Origin: Synechococcus sp. UW140
GTDB taxonomy: Bacteria > Cyanobacteriota > Cyanobacteriia > PCC-6307 > Cyanobiaceae
Assembly: GCA_945860085.1 (NCBI GenBank)
Contig: CAMAPJ010000002.1
Location: 30,520-94,519 of the forward strand
Reading direction: 5' to 3'
Length of the DNA: 64,000 nt
In this document: positions 54,401 to 61,768 of the stretch, in pieces
Layout of the letters: every line of letters begins with the position of its first letter
Position numbering within the stretch: position 1 is the stretch's first letter
The notes under the pieces: generated by a model
What the model was told of the DNA's origin: nothing
Seen by the model: only the letters and a program-made list of their open reading frames with translations
The model's database searches: none
Made by a program: the position numbers and the translations under genes

Positions 54401-56413
54401 AAGACCGCCGAAGGCATGGCTGCTGAAGCGAACACGGCCCAAGCGACGCCCTCAGCAGGACAGGCTTGCGATGGCCTCGACTTTTCGATCGCCTTCTCAT
54501 CGCTGGCCTCCCTACTGGGATCGCCCGGCCAGGCCGCCTACGGGGCCGCCAACGGAGGCCTCGATGCCCTCTGCCGCCTGGGTACCGCCGATGGGGACGC
54601 CCATGATGCCAAGCCCCTACGGCTGGCGATCCAGTGGGGCCCCTGGGAGGGAGCTGGCATGGCAGCGGGCAAGGCCAGGCGCCTGGAGGGGTTGGGCGTG
54701 GGACTCCTGCCGGCAGCGGGGGCGTTTCAGGCCCTGGACTTGCTGCTGGAACGGGGCCAAGGCGGCGTGGTCGCCGTGCTCCATAACGATTGGCCGCGCC
54801 TGTGGGACCAGGCCACCCCCCGCCAACGACCTGTGCTGGCTCCCCTGCTCCAGGACGGCACCGGCGGGACCACGACCCCAGCGGCGTCCCAGGCAGCGGC
54901 GGCCCGGGACGCCCTGCTGATCCGCCTGGCGGCGGCAGCCCCGGGCGAAGGGGTGGCCCTGGTTCTCGAGCTGCTGCAGGGCCGGCTCGGCCAGGTGATG
55001 GGACTGGCCGAGGGGCAAACGATCGATCCGGGTGAATCCCTTTTCCACCTGGGCCTCGATTCGCTGATGGCCGTGGAATTCGCCGCCGGGCTCCAGGCCG
55101 ACCTGGGCCTCAAGGTGGACTTCGAATCCCTCAGCGGCGACCCCAGTTTGGAGAGCCTGGCCGAACGGCTGCTGGCCGATTTGCAACCGGAGGGCGCAAC
55201 CCCCTCTCCATCGGGCCTGGACCTGGGCGCGCAAGCCCAGCTGGATCCCGATTGGCGCAGGCCTGATCGCCAGCCGCTCCCCCTCGGATCCCAGGGTCCT
55301 CCGGGCGAGGCGATCCTGCTCACCGGCAGCACTGGGTTTCTCGGGGCCTACCTGCTCGCGGGCCAACTGCAACGCTGGCCCGAACTGCGGGTGCGGGCCC
55401 TGGTGCGTTGCCCATCGCCGGTGGTGGGTGTGGATCGGATCCGCACCAACCTGGAGCGCTACGGGCTTTGGCAAGAGGGTTGGGAGCGGCGGCTCGACGT
55501 GGTGCCAGGCGACCTAGCCCAGCCCCAGTTCGGCCTGGAGCCCCAGGCCTTTGCGGCCCTGGCCAAGGGCCTGGGCGGGATTCTCCATAACGGCGCCCAA
55601 CTGAGCCAGATGGCGGGCTACGCCCAACTGGCGTCCGCCAATGTGGGCGGCACCCGCGAGATCTTGCGGCTTGCCAGCCTGGACCAGCCCCTGGCGGTGC
55701 AGATGATTTCGAGCGTGGCCGTGTTTGAAGCCACGGCCTATCGCAATCGCCAGATCGTCGAAAGCGATGACCTGCCCGAGTGGCGGGGCATCCACCTGGG
55801 TTATTCCCAAACCAAGTGGGTGAGTGAGCGGTTGGTGCTAGCCGCCGGGGCGGCGGGCCTGCCGGTCAGCGTCTACCGGCCGCCGCTGATCGGCGGCCAT
55901 TCCCGCAGCGGCGCCTGGCACCAGGACGACCTGCTGCAGCGGCTGCTCAAGGGGTGCCTGGAGCTGGGCCTGGCCCCGGACCTGGCCTGGGAGCTGGACC
56001 TGGTGCCCGTCGATTACGTGGCCGATGCGGTCACCGCCCTGGCCTGGCGCCCTGAAGCCGTGAGCCGGGCCTATCACCTGCACCATCCCGAGCCCGTGAT
56101 GCTGAAGGACCTGCTGGGCCAACTGGTTGAGGGCGGTGCGGCCCTCGAGGTGGTGCCGATGGAGCGTTGGCTGGCGGCCATCGAGGCCAATCCGGCCAAC
56201 CCCCTCTATCCGCTGCGGGCCTTCTTCCACCAGCGCTGGGGCGACGACCAGCTCACCTATCCCGAGCTGAACCAACTGGGCCTGCGGGCCCGCCCCAGCG
56301 CCGAGGCCACCGTGGCGAGCCTGGCGGCCCTGGGGGTGAGCTGCCCCAGCTTCGCGGAGCTGATCGCCCCCTATGGGATGGCCCTGCTGGGCGCAGGCGC
56401 CAGCAGCCGATGA
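48434..56413 (+). CDS. Type I polyketide synthase, KS-AT-DH-ER-KR-ACP-R (terminal thioester reductase), 2659 aa
   Basis: Single ORF with a TTG start. The KS begins at residue ~19, so there is no loading domain. See the domain features below for motifs. Confidence 0.95.
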   Translation: MPPPIAPSLTSSPTVPSPEPIAIVGIGCRLPGGINTPEAFWDLLCDGRDGITDVPVSRWDLGQHFDPDPLKPLSQHVRRGGFIEGIDHFDAAFFGISPREALCMDPQQRLLLEVAWRALEHGGQPLESLRSQPVGVFIGISSLDYSSLLWASSEHYATPDNEPFVLPGNTGCIAANRISYFLDLKGPSFTVDTACSSSLVAVHLACESLWRGESSAALAGGVQALIHPGIQMSFCKAGLLAPDGRCKSFAASADGYVRSEGAGVVLLKTLSEARRCGDPIVALIHGTAVNSDGRSNGMAAPNLKAQMACVRQAFARSGLNPAATQYVEAHGTGTRQGDPIELRALGTVLGEGRPSDQPCRVGSVKTNLGHGETAAGITGLIKAALCIQHRQIPASLHFRTPNPAIDFAGLKLQVQTALEPFPAPDRPAVVGVSSFGFGGTNAHAVLAEAPPAESGSPGPPPLPLQLLTLSARTSAALGATARRYLELLRQRPTLALADLCASANQQRTAFQQRLVCLVSDRSDLERQLEAFAEGKAPAANPSGAPPAAQSPLLAEAGRRPGKLAFLISGQGSQERAMARDLYGRHPVFREAFDRAAALADPSLDWPLKRVLLPGPGEERQAALALEQTAMAQPALFVVGYALSQLWASWGVQPDLLLGHSAGEVLAAHLAGVFDLADGIRLITARGQLMQALPADGGMVALLAPFDQVQALITPNSSLSVAALNAPRNTVVSGPDTAIGALVERAQRAGVATARLPVALGFHSPAMAPMLDAFAQLLAQLRLSPPARGLVSSLSGGLAGAEVADPAYWCDQVLGPVRFAQGVATLQAQGARLFVDLGPRPSLITLAKQSLAPDPGQGQPAPGQESLFLPSLVPGQDDWGVILGSLARLHLRGLVIDWSSFHAPFAQARVALPGYPFERQRHWWPAGRGPLKGAHRWLDHLGLASLDQDQPGTGAAEPAALSQGPSPQGADAVGGPRAPVGAVDRSPKRLDLPPGHVHYQVTLDPSQQADLADHAIRDQPVFPAAGFLVLAAQVAEQEGLALNFGALSLERPLRLGAGPRQLHLVLEEGTLAFHSLNPAERAAGWTSHGRLELAEAPGPMPPGQAAVAPAGAPFAPGVAANDAETLDTAGFYAALARCGLNYGPRFQGLQQVQRQGGRAWADLVRPAGGGAEGLLDSCFQLVAASLDPEAASGQLFLPVGLEALALAPGEWPERLSCEVRLQANPEPAQVQADLIWHAGGELLGWIRGFRLRRLPRQAVDWMFPAAQLPPPEPALDPASWLIQSHWEPLGWKPAPAVEVPQSPTALTSDLPLQGRPLLIGAGNHQALAFEAWASAQGQPPMRVTFGDPLPAGWGPVLVWPDPNSAEPLALATQLLALVHQLQAPGNSSNALPEQPTGPAAPGSRQPRPLWLVLEGDEAWSGVLAGFAQTAALETPQLAWTQLQLPADPGRQPQARDWDQLWALASTEASLLWRSGQAHGQRLKQLGSERFRIVSGDPGRLEALVRQPLAPSSLVHGELELAVEATGLNFRDVLNALGLLAAYGEELGLAEGAQVPFGGEAVGRVVAVGPGVDPALVGQRMLAALAVGSLASHVTCRAELCIPLPTGLDGDTGASLSTVFLTALYGLVHLARLQPGETVLIHAGAGGVGQAALQVARRCGARILATASGPKQQGLLDQGVEAVFDSRSLAFAEQVLSHTGGKGVDVVLNSLKGDWVEASFQALAPGGRFIELGKIEIWSRAQAQERRPDAAYLPFDLLEVAAAEPQLVRQLLIDLFAELEQGTFQPIPIEVFPIASVPDAFRLLAQARHRGKVVVRQHDRPAPLAIAPQATYLVTGALGGIGLRLIDWLAQRGATSLLLVSRSAGSPSPEVRHRLEQLEARGVRCVLVPLDLAAGPEPVATAVLADAIRALPPEQPLRGLFHAAGVLEDGLVGGLTPERLAAVLAPKLAGWQLVEAAIAEAKASQEKLLEGKTAEGKAAVGETAEGKTAEGKTAEGMAAEANTAQATPSAGQACDGLDFSIAFSSLASLLGSPGQAAYGAANGGLDALCRLGTADGDAHDAKPLRLAIQWGPWEGAGMAAGKARRLEGLGVGLLPAAGAFQALDLLLERGQGGVVAVLHNDWPRLWDQATPRQRPVLAPLLQDGTGGTTTPAASQAAAARDALLIRLAAAAPGEGVALVLELLQGRLGQVMGLAEGQTIDPGESLFHLGLDSLMAVEFAAGLQADLGLKVDFESLSGDPSLESLAERLLADLQPEGATPSPSGLDLGAQAQLDPDWRRPDRQPLPLGSQGPPGEAILLTGSTGFLGAYLLAGQLQRWPELRVRALVRCPSPVVGVDRIRTNLERYGLWQEGWERRLDVVPGDLAQPQFGLEPQAFAALAKGLGGILHNGAQLSQMAGYAQLASANVGGTREILRLASLDQPLAVQMISSVAVFEATAYRNRQIVESDDLPEWRGIHLGYSQTKWVSERLVLAAGAAGLPVSVYRPPLIGGHSRSGAWHQDDLLQRLLKGCLELGLAPDLAWELDLVPVDYVADAVTALAWRPEAVSRAYHLHHPEPVMLKDLLGQLVEGGAALEVVPMERWLAAIEANPANPLYPLRAFFHQRWGDDQLTYPELNQLGLRARPSAEATVASLAALGVSCPSFAELIAPYGMALLGAGASSR
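48488..49771 (+). other. PKS ketosynthase (KS) domain
   Basis: IAIVGIGCRLPGG, active-site DTACSSSL (Cys codon 49016-49018), EAHGTGT, NLGHGETAAG. Confidence 0.9.
50117..50983 (+). other. PKS acyltransferase (AT) domain
   Basis: FLISGQGSQ, GHSAGE (Ser codon 50411-50413), RGQLMQ, LGFHS (malonyl-type-like). Confidence 0.85.
51386..52219 (+). other. PKS dehydratase (DH) domain
   Basis: LADHAIRDQPVFPAAGFL, an HxxxGxxxxP-type motif with Asp at the Gly position. Also YGPRFQGL. Confidence 0.7.
52901..53878 (+). other. PKS enoylreductase (ER) domain
   Basis: GLNFRDVL, LIHAGAGGVGQAALQVA (NADPH site), GKVVV. Confidence 0.85.
53909..54787 (+). other. PKS ketoreductase (KR) domain, with ~50-aa low-complexity insertion
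   Basis: YLVTGALGGIGLRL, HAAGVLEDG, FSSLASLLGSPGQAAYGAAN. Insertion EAKASQEKLLEGKTAEGKAAVGETAEGKTAEGKTAEGMAAEANTAQ at about 54300-54470. Confidence 0.85.
54335..54430 (+). repeat. Imperfect 15-nt tandem repeats encoding (TAEGK)n inside the KR domain
   Basis: gaaggcaaaactgcc gaagggaaggcggcc gtaggggagacggcc gaagggaagacggct gaagggaagaccgcc gaaggcatggctgct, read directly. Confidence 0.85.
54905..55183 (+). other. PKS acyl carrier protein (ACP) domain
   Basis: FHLGLDSLMAVEF (phosphopantetheine Ser codon 55061-55063). Confidence 0.85.
55307..56398 (+). other. Terminal NAD(P)H-dependent thioester reductase (R) domain
   Basis: ILLTGSTGFLGAYLL (starts at 55313), GILHNGA, YSQTKWVSE (YxxxK), VYRPPLIGG. 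Confidence 0.85.
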
Positions 56414-57753
56414 CCCTGACGCCGGCGCCCGGATGGGGTCTAGCGGTCCCGCCTGCGGTCTCCATTGGGTTGGCTGCTGATGGCGACCTGAGCTCCCTCC
56501 TGGCGTTGGTCCTGGCCGGGGCCCTGCTCCTCACCCTGGGCCTGCAGACCCTGCTCACCGGTTGGTTTGCGCTGCGGGTGCGCGGGTTGGGGCAGCAACG
56601 CCAGCGCTGGCCAGGGGAGCCCGCCGGGGGCTGGCCCGTGGCGGAGGTGGTGCTCTGCCTGCGGGGCGCCGATCCCAGCCTGGCCGGAGCCCTGGCAGCC
56701 CTCGCCCACCAGACCTACCCGGGCCCCTGGCGCCTGCAGCTGGTGGTGGATTCCCTGGCCGATCCGGCCTGGGCTGTGGCTGAAGCGAACCTGGCAGCCC
56801 TGGAGGCCAGCGGCCAGGCCAGTTGGCAGGCCGCAGTACTCAGGCCCCTGGAGCGGAGACCGCAGCGGGGCTCCCTCAAAAGCGCGTCCCTGCGCCAGGC
56901 CTTTGCGCATTTGCATCCCGCCACGGCCCTGGTGGCCCTGGTCGATGCCGATGCGATCGTCTCGCCCCAGTGGCTGACGGACCTGGCCCGGGCCTGCAGC
57001 CAGCCCGGGATCGGCGCGGTGTCGGGCAATCGCTGGTACCAGCCCCAGGGAGGCAGCCTGGCGGGGCGGGTGCGGGCCAGCTGGAATGGGGGTGCCCTGG
57101 TGCTGATGACCCTGCTAGGCATTCCCTGGGGAGGCTCCCTGGCGGTGCGCCGCCAGGTGATCGACGCCGGAACCTGGAGTGAGCGGCTCAAGACCAGCCT
57201 CTGCGAAGACACCTCCCTGATCGAGCCCCTGCGCCAGCTGGGCTGGCGCTACGCCTTCCGGCCCGAACTGATCGCCTTAGACGAGGACGACAGCATTGCT
57301 CTGGCGGACCTGGCCCCCTGGATCGGCCGGCAACTGCTCACCGCCCGGCTGCACCATCCGGCCTGGCCCCTGGTGGCCCTCCATGGCGGCGGCAGCGCCC
57401 TGCTGCTCACAGCCAGCGCCGCCTGGCTGCTCCTGGGTCGCTCCAGCCTCCTGGCGACAGCCCTCGGGCTCTACGAACTGGGCTGTATGGGCCTCTTGCT
57501 CTGGATCGAGGCCACGGCCCTCTTGGCCCTGGCGAAAACAGGGAGCCAAGCCATCCTCCCCAAGGCCGCGCCCTTCTGGCGCCGGGCCTGGGATTGGCTG
57601 GCCAACCTACCGATGACCCAACTCACCTATGCCCTCGCCTTCTGGCAGGCCTGCTGGGATCGCCGGGTGGGTTGGCGCGGCGTCAGCTACCGGGTGCTGG
57701 GGCGCCGCGACCCTGGTGGACCAGGGGTGGAAGCCCTGGGCAGGGACGAGTGA
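56410..57753 (+). CDS. Membrane glycosyltransferase, GT2/GT21 (ceramide-glucosyltransferase/HpnI-like)
   Basis: The ATG overlaps the PKS TGA (ATGA at 56410-56413). VVLCLRGADPSL...HQTYPGPWRLQLVVDS, DxD at LVDADAIV, GGSLAVRR, CEDTSL. N- and C-terminal TM segments. Confidence 0.8.
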   Translation: MTLTPAPGWGLAVPPAVSIGLAADGDLSSLLALVLAGALLLTLGLQTLLTGWFALRVRGLGQQRQRWPGEPAGGWPVAEVVLCLRGADPSLAGALAALAHQTYPGPWRLQLVVDSLADPAWAVAEANLAALEASGQASWQAAVLRPLERRPQRGSLKSASLRQAFAHLHPATALVALVDADAIVSPQWLTDLARACSQPGIGAVSGNRWYQPQGGSLAGRVRASWNGGALVLMTLLGIPWGGSLAVRRQVIDAGTWSERLKTSLCEDTSLIEPLRQLGWRYAFRPELIALDEDDSIALADLAPWIGRQLLTARLHHPAWPLVALHGGGSALLLTASAAWLLLGRSSLLATALGLYELGCMGLLLWIEATALLALAKTGSQAILPKAAPFWRRAWDWLANLPMTQLTYALAFWQACWDRRVGWRGVSYRVLGRRDPGGPGVEALGRDE

Positions 57754-57801
57754 CGCAACCGTTCAACGGTCCCTTGGCCCAGGATTGGGGGAGGTCCTAG
57801 C

Positions 57802-58482
57802 TCACCTGGCCAGCATCAGCCGCCTCAGCACCAACATGGACTGGCGCAGGTTGGCCTCATTGAGGTCGTCGTAGGTGGGGCGCAAAAAAGCGGGCAAGTC
57901 GGGCTCTAGGGCGATCTGGTGTTGCACGATCACGCCGCCGCGCACCCGGGTCAGGGTCCATTGACCCTGGAGGCTGAGGATCCGCTCGCCGCGGAGCATG
58001 CGGTAGCGCATCCAACGGGGCGCCCGTTCCTCCAGAGCCAACACAACCTTGATTGGCAGGCCAAAGGTGGAGGCGGCTTGGTAGGTCTGGGCCAGCTCCA
58101 GCTGGCTGCCCCGGCGGCTGAGCACCTTGGCCTGTTTGATGTCGGGCATCAGGCCCGCCATCGCTTCGTAGTTGGTCAGCACGGCCCAGGCCCGGGCCTC
58201 GTTTACGGGCACAAACAACCTGGCGGTGTAATGGCCCTTGCTGCCCGTTAGCAGCGGTTCAGCCATGGCAACCGGGCCTGGCAGGCCCGCGCCGCCGTCC
58301 TGCGCCAGCGCCTTCGAGCCGCCCGGGGGCTTGGCCCAGGCCCCCGGACCTGGGCCAAGCCCCCAACCCAGGCCCATACCAGCGCCTAGAATCAAGCACT
58401 GAATTAGCAACCACTGGCAAGCCCTAACTGGCTGCTTGCCTAAGGCCGCGGAGCCCCCCATGACCTTGCTTCTGCGGCCCAT
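57802..58482 (-). CDS. Secreted SRPBCC (START / polyketide-cyclase-dehydrase fold) protein
   Basis: Signal-like CQWLLIQCLILGAGMGLGWG. SRPBCC core VPVNEARAWAVLTNYEAMAGLMPDIKQAKVLSRRGSQLELAQTY...LQGQWTL. ATG at 58482 or 58461. Confidence 0.7.
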   Translation of the reverse strand: MGRRSKVMGGSAALGKQPVRACQWLLIQCLILGAGMGLGWGLGPGPGAWAKPPGGSKALAQDGGAGLPGPVAMAEPLLTGSKGHYTARLFVPVNEARAWAVLTNYEAMAGLMPDIKQAKVLSRRGSQLELAQTYQAASTFGLPIKVVLALEERAPRWMRYRMLRGERILSLQGQWTLTRVRGGVIVQHQIALEPDLPAFLRPTYDDLNEANLRQSMLVLRRLMLAR

Positions 58483-58491
58483 CAGGCCATT

Positions 58492-59892
58492 GTGATGGAT
58501 TGGGAAACGGGGCAAGATCCCCTGGGCAAGGGCCCCTTGGATCCGCGATCGCAAGTCGCTACCCCAGCTGCCAATGCAACCATCCCTGACCCCACGCCCC
58601 ATCGTGCCGACCGCGCTGGATGGGGGGCTGGGGCCGCAGCGACGGATCCGCCCCTTGATCTAAAGCGACGGCTCTACTTTTTGAGCGGTTTTGATCCCCG
58701 CGGCGCCTCCTTTTATGGGCGGCTGTTTAGCCAGGAGGTGGAGCGGCGCAATGCCACGGGCCCAACGGGCGACCGTCAGGTGATCCAACGGATCAGACCT
58801 CGGCCAGAGCGGGATCGCCTACTCAGCCGTTGGCGGATTGGGCCTCCCCAGGCCCCTCAAGCTGGCCCCTCCACCGGCAAACCCGACCTGGCTGGCGAGC
58901 CCCCGAGGCTGGGTCAAAACCATCGCGATCAAGGGCCTTCCCTGCCCGATCCCACCAGCCATGAAATTGGCTTTTTGCATTGGGATGACATTGCCCGCAG
59001 CCACTGGCCCAGGCGCTCTTTGGCCATGGTCGGCGAGATCGCCGAGGTCTACCGCTGGTATCTGCTACAGGGCGGCTTGCTGCGGATTGGCCGCCTCTGC
59101 CCCGGGGTGGCCCTCTGCGGCGCCTACCCAGCGCTGTTCACCGCTCTGGCGGTGCTGGTTGCCTTGCTCGCTGGCGCTGGCCTAGGAAAGCTGGTCTTCG
59201 GGATGGTTCCGGGCCCAGGCCTTGCCTTGGTCGCCGCAGTTCTAGTGGCCCTAGGAACCACCTGGCTGCTGCTGCTGGCGGCGTGGGCCCTGGCCGATCG
59301 GCTCGGAGTGGTGTGGCTCTGGCGCTCGATCCGCTTCACCCACCGGCTCGGCCAAGCCCGCGATGGCGACCTACGCGCCCGGGTGGGCGAGCTGGCCCAG
59401 CGCATCCTGGCGCTAGAAACCGAAGCACCGGCCGAATCGGTGCTGCTGGTGGGCCATAGCTCCGGCTCGTTTGTGATGGCGATGCTGGCGGCCGAGCTGC
59501 GCCGCCAGGACCCCGCCGCTGCGGTGACGGGCCGACTGAGCCTGCTCAGCCTAGGGCAGAACCTGGCCAACCTGGCGGTCTATCCCGGGGCCCAGGCGTT
59601 CCACGCCGATTTGCAAGAGTTGGCCCAAGGGCCCCGCCTGCCCTGGCTTGATGTCAGCAGCCGCGATGACCTGCTCTGCTTTGCCGGGGTTGATCCCTAC
59701 CGCAGTTGCGGCCTGCCGGCCCCCGCGGGGACGCCCTACCCAGCCCTGAAGCTCGTGACCCTGGCAGAGCCGAAGGGTTGGCTGGACCGGCTGGGACTGG
59801 CCTTTCAACAATTTGATCTCCACTTCCTTTACCTGCGCCAGGGTCCAGGCAGCCACGGCTTTGATCCCCTCAGCCAACTGCTGAAACCATGA
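58492..59892 (+). CDS. Membrane protein with C-terminal serine-hydrolase-like GHSSG motif
   Basis: Central hydrophobic hairpins (ALFTALAVLVALLAGAGLG..., LALVAAVLVALGTTWLLLLAAWAL), then VLLVGHSSGSFVMAMLAAEL. The stop overlaps the P450 start. The 5' end is unresolved, lying only 10 nt from the divergent gene's longest start. Confidence 0.5.
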   Translation: MMDWETGQDPLGKGPLDPRSQVATPAANATIPDPTPHRADRAGWGAGAAATDPPLDLKRRLYFLSGFDPRGASFYGRLFSQEVERRNATGPTGDRQVIQRIRPRPERDRLLSRWRIGPPQAPQAGPSTGKPDLAGEPPRLGQNHRDQGPSLPDPTSHEIGFLHWDDIARSHWPRRSLAMVGEIAEVYRWYLLQGGLLRIGRLCPGVALCGAYPALFTALAVLVALLAGAGLGKLVFGMVPGPGLALVAAVLVALGTTWLLLLAAWALADRLGVVWLWRSIRFTHRLGQARDGDLRARVGELAQRILALETEAPAESVLLVGHSSGSFVMAMLAAELRRQDPAAAVTGRLSLLSLGQNLANLAVYPGAQAFHADLQELAQGPRLPWLDVSSRDDLLCFAGVDPYRSCGLPAPAGTPYPALKLVTLAEPKGWLDRLGLAFQQFDLHFLYLRQGPGSHGFDPLSQLLKP

Positions 59893-61550
59893 GCTCCCCC
59901 CTGGTAACGGGCTCTAGCCCAGCCCATGAAGGAACGGCCGCCTCGGCCAACCTTGATGAACCGCCAGAGCAGTCGGAGCAGGATTCAAGCGAGCCGATCT
60001 GGCCCCAACCCCAACCCTTCACCGCCAATCTGCTCAAGCGCTTAAGCCGGGGCCTGGGCTCCTGGTTTGGCCTGCTGAATGAGTGGGATTTCCGCATCGG
60101 CATTGGCAGCACCAACGTCTTGGGCCTCGAGTTGGTGCTGGTTAACCAGCCGGACCTGGTGCGCCAGGTGCTCGTGGACCAACCAGACACCTTCCCCAAA
60201 CATCCCTACACCCAGTGGATCTTGGAGCCCCTGATTGGCCAGGGACTCTTTGCGGTGAATGGGGCCGAGTGGCAGCGCCAGCGGCGTTTGGTCGATCAGG
60301 CCCTGCAGGTCACCCAGTTGCGCCGGGTGTTTCCCCTGATGACAGGGGCGGTGCAGGCCATGCTCGAACGGCTTGAGGCCCAAGGGGGCGCCCAACAAGC
60401 GGGCCCAGGCCCTGGCCCAGGCCAGGCCGACCGGGGCAACACACCGGAGCTGAGCTTCGATGCCCAGGAGGCGATGAGCCTGGTGACGGCCGATGTGATC
60501 GTGCGCACCATCCTCTCGACGCCCCTCGACCCCTGCGAGGCCCGGACAATCTTTGCGGCCTTTGCCCGCTACCAACGCCGGGCCAGCCTGGTGATGGTGT
60601 TGCGCTTTCTGCGCCTGCCCAAGACCTGGCTGCAGCGGCTGCTGCAACCCGATGCCGGGTTGATCCGCAGCTGGATCGGCTCAGCCATTGCCGAACGGTG
60701 CCGCCGCCAACCGGGCCCGGGCCCAAACTCCAGCCCCGCTACCGACCATGGGGACCTGCTCGCGGCCCTGATGCGGGCCACAGATCGGGCAGACACCCCC
60801 ACCACCGGGTGTCCAGGTCAGGCGGCTGATGGGACAGCAGACAAGCCCAGCGAACCGGTGGCAGGGGGGGACGACAGCGGCAGGGGCTTCAGCCAGGAGG
60901 AACTCATCGACCAGGTGTGCGTGCTGTTTCTTGCTGGCCATGAAACCTCCGCCAGCGCCCTGGCCATGGCCTGCTATCTCCTGGCGCGCTACCCCGAGGC
61001 CCAGGCCCGCTTTGCGCAGGAAATTGAGCAGGTCCGCAGGGGATTCCCACTCCCCGGATCGCCCCCCAGTGATCACCGCCCCCTGGGCTACGAGGACCTA
61101 CGCCGCCTGCCCTATGGCACGGCGTTGCTTCAGGAAACCCTGCGGCTCTACCCCCCCTTGAGCTTCTTCATCCGGGAAAGCCAGGCCCCAAGCCAGCTCG
61201 GCGAAAGCCGCTGCCCAGTGGGGGCGCTGCTTGCGATTTCCCCTTGGGTGATCCAACGCCACGAGCAGCACTGGAGCGAACCCAACAGGTTTCGGCCGGA
61301 GCGCTTTCTCGCCACCCAGGCCAATGAGGAGGAGAAACAATGGGCTCGCGACGCCTATCTGCCCTTTGGCCTGGGACCGCGCAAGTGCCCTGGGGCCGCC
61401 TTTGCCCTGCAGGAAGCCCTGCTGGTGCTCGCGGAGCTGGTGAGCCGCTATGAACTCCTGGGCGAGCCCGGCCAGGAACCAGACCTGGTGGGCAACCTGA
61501 CCCTGCGCTCGCGCAATGGGGTGCCGTTGAGACTGCGGCGCCGCCTCTAA
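59889..61550 (+). CDS. Cytochrome P450
   Basis: Heme loop FGLGPRKCPGAAFA, I-helix LFLAGHETSASAL, ETLRLYPP (ExxR). ATGA overlap with the upstream gene. Confidence 0.9.
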   Translation: MSSPLVTGSSPAHEGTAASANLDEPPEQSEQDSSEPIWPQPQPFTANLLKRLSRGLGSWFGLLNEWDFRIGIGSTNVLGLELVLVNQPDLVRQVLVDQPDTFPKHPYTQWILEPLIGQGLFAVNGAEWQRQRRLVDQALQVTQLRRVFPLMTGAVQAMLERLEAQGGAQQAGPGPGPGQADRGNTPELSFDAQEAMSLVTADVIVRTILSTPLDPCEARTIFAAFARYQRRASLVMVLRFLRLPKTWLQRLLQPDAGLIRSWIGSAIAERCRRQPGPGPNSSPATDHGDLLAALMRATDRADTPTTGCPGQAADGTADKPSEPVAGGDDSGRGFSQEELIDQVCVLFLAGHETSASALAMACYLLARYPEAQARFAQEIEQVRRGFPLPGSPPSDHRPLGYEDLRRLPYGTALLQETLRLYPPLSFFIRESQAPSQLGESRCPVGALLAISPWVIQRHEQHWSEPNRFRPERFLATQANEEEKQWARDAYLPFGLGPRKCPGAAFALQEALLVLAELVSRYELLGEPGQEPDLVGNLTLRSRNGVPLRLRRRL

Positions 61551-61768
61551 GGCTAAGCGAACCAAGACAATTCCCCTTCACGCACCGATCCTCAAGCGAG
61601 ACAAAGACGATCCCACAGCAGCACTTAGGCACGCTTAATAACGCTTCTCACTAATCACTCAGCCGAAGATACTACCGTCAAATTCGCATAAGCGAGTTGA
61701 ATCGTGAGCCCATAGTGCTATTATTTGAAGCGATTTGCCTGGCTCCACGAGTGGCCCCTCCACCCAAG

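Noticed and set aside
673-58552. Enrichment of the cyanobacterial HIP1 palindrome GCGATCGC
   Set aside because: I located only four perfect copies by eye (673-680, 5314-5321, 49989-49996, 58545-58552). That is not clearly above chance for a GC-rich 64-kb window, so no claim is made.
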